Below, in pieces: positions 37,884 through 40,094 of a stretch of DNA of 40,094 nt. The notes beneath the pieces are model-generated. The model was given only the letters and a program-made list of their open reading frames with translations, searched no databases and was not told where the DNA came from. Location of the stretch: NCBI RefSeq assembly GCF_001194135.2, contig NC_068986.1, positions 80,932,397-80,972,490 on the forward strand, written 5' to 3'. The position numbers were made by a program, and so were the translations under genes. Position 1 is the stretch's first letter. Every line of letters begins with the position of its first letter. The DNA comes from Octopus bimaculoides (Eukaryota).

Positions 37884-38718
37884 TACATGCATGTGTACGT
37901 CTGTATATGTATATATATATATATGTATATGCGAATTTATACATACATACATATTTATGTATGTATAGGTNNNNNNNNNNNNNNNNNNNNNNNNNNNNNN
38001 NNNNNNNNNNNNNNNNNNNNNNNNNNNNNNNNNNNNNNNNNNNNNNNNNNNNNNNNNNNNNNNNNNNNNNNNNNNNNNNNNNNNNNNNNNNNNNNNNNNN
38101 NNNNNNNNNNNNNNNNNNNNNNNNNNNNNNNNNNNNNNNNNNNNNNNNNNNNNNNNNNNNNNNNNNNNNNNNNNNNNNNNNNNNNNNNNNNNNNNNNNNN
38201 NNNNNNNNNNNNNNNNNNNNNNNNNNNNNNNNNNNNNNNNNNNNNNNNNNNNNNNNNNNNNNNNNNNNNNNNNNNNNNNNNNNNNNNNNNNNNNNNNNNN
38301 NNNNNNNNNNNNNNNNNNNNNNNNNNNNNNNNNNNNNNNNNNNNNNNNNNNNNNNNNNNNNNNNNNNNNNNNNNNNNNNNNNNNNNNNNNNNNNNNNNNN
38401 NNNNNNNNNNNNNNNNNNNNNNNNNNNNNNNNNNNNNNNNNNNNNNNNNNNNNNNNNNNNNNNNNNNNNNNNNNNNNNNNNNNNNNNNNNNNNNNNNNNN
38501 TATATTATTTTGCTTAAAAGAGTTCCAACACTGTCTGTTTTTTATGTTTTATTTATATTCCTGCAGAACTAATGTGGGGTATAGAATATGGAATATACAA
38601 TATATAATATAATATACAATATATAATATAAAATAAAATAAAAATGGATGGCACCATGAAATAAAGTATTGAATGTAGATGAAATATTGAGTGTTCAATA
38701 TAAAGGATCAAATATATA

Positions 38719-38750
<32 letters not shown>

Positions 38751-39052
38751 AAGGCGACTCGAGTTTCAGGGCTATTTACACATATATATATATACATATC
38801 TATCTATCTATCTATATATATGTATGTATGTGTATGTGTGTGTGTGTGTGTGTGTGTGTATGGTAATGTATTAGACAGTAGATAGCTAGATGGATAGATA
38901 GATATAACAACATAATACCAATAACATTATATAACTCTACACATATAGGGATTGTTTCATTCATTCACTGCTGCTTTCACACACACAAACATTCATTTCT
39001 ACTATATAAAACACTAATTATACACACACAAACACACATACACACACATACG

Positions 39053-39086
<34 letters not shown>

Positions 39087-39464
39087 CGCCCCCCCCCCAC
39101 ACACACACACATTCGAACTCTCAGTAATTTCATTATATATAACCACACAGTTACTCCCTACAACATAAATATGTTGTTTACTCCAAGGTCATCCCCTGGT
39201 AGCGAGGAGGCCCAATGATCACAGATATAACAATACCATCTCATTTCATCTCATAGTAAGACACTGTACCCAACACTGTATCATCCAGTGTATCCTTCCT
39301 TTGTTGTGGTTTGAATGAATTGTGACTGTTATTTCTAGCAGGAAGGATTAATATGTGTAAAAAACAAAACACTTTACAGCGTGGTACTTCCGAAACCACT
39401 CCTCAGCACCAATATGAGAGACCAGACTATTTATTGAAGTACAGGTAGAATCTGTCCGATAGGC

Positions 39465-39575
39465 GACTGAAGATTCTACCTACCTATGCCTGTTACAACG
39501 CTTACATTGACCCCAAGTTGAAGACATTTACGCAGTGACCCGCACTGGAATCGAACCTAAGCGCACTTCGTAATC
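39465..39575 (-). mobile_element. Very old SINE family A-like head and core
   Basis: Reverse complement ggttcgattccagtgcgggtcac...aaatgtcttcaact...aagcgttgt...ggtagg aligns loosely to the family A B-box and core. Confidence 0.5.
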
Positions 39576-39973
39576 ATTCTGCTATGGTTGTACACTTGCG
39601 TTACACATTTAGATATATACATACAAATACATGCACGCACCCACATGCACAAACACACCGGTACACACACAAAAATGCAAACACGCAGGCGCATGTACAC
39701 ACAAGGTAAAATATATAAATATTACACACACGTATAAACCATTAATAACCAATGAATGTCGAGAAATATAAAATATTTTATGCTTTAGAAGCATTACATA
39801 AGATAGTGTTCCGGCTTGGGCGTCAATCATTACGACTTGAGCCAACATAAATCACAGAAGTAGAAATGAGAGGGAGAGAGAGAGAGAACATTCATGCATG
39901 TTTGTACGTATGCATGTCTACATACACACTTAGAAGTAAGTATTATTAATTATAATAAATATGCATACATATT

Positions 39974-40009
<36 letters not shown>

Positions 40010-40094
40010 TATATACAAACAAACAATCAATACATACATTCAAATACGTAGATATATAATTATGCATGCATATATATATATATATATATATATA

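Overview
Non-coding, repeat-saturated animal genomic DNA from a gapped scaffold (15 N-gaps, about 6.4 kb or 16% of the window, most flanked by microsatellites). The repeat families resemble those of coleoid cephalopods (octopus); this is an inference from recalled SINE consensus sequences, not a database result. I found no intact host protein-coding gene, rRNA, tRNA gene or CRISPR array. Almost all listed ORFs are microsatellite or N-gap artefacts. The window holds at least three tRNA-derived SINE families, here called A, B and C, several with intact target-site duplications (TSDs). It also holds decayed retroelements (four R4/Dong-like and two HERO-like LINE fragments with restriction-like endonuclease (RLE) domains, one Penelope-like RT), a fold-back mariner remnant and two Buster-type hAT MITEs. 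The most interesting observations are two hammerhead-ribozyme-like motifs at about 24.4 and 24.8 kb, the mariner built from two converging 5' ends, RLE-LINE fragments abutting microsatellites, a hairpin module shared by two otherwise different SINE families, inverted SINE pairs, and a CpG-rich segment with E2F/RFX-like motifs at 35.3-35.5 kb. I cannot support a complete novel multi-gene system here.
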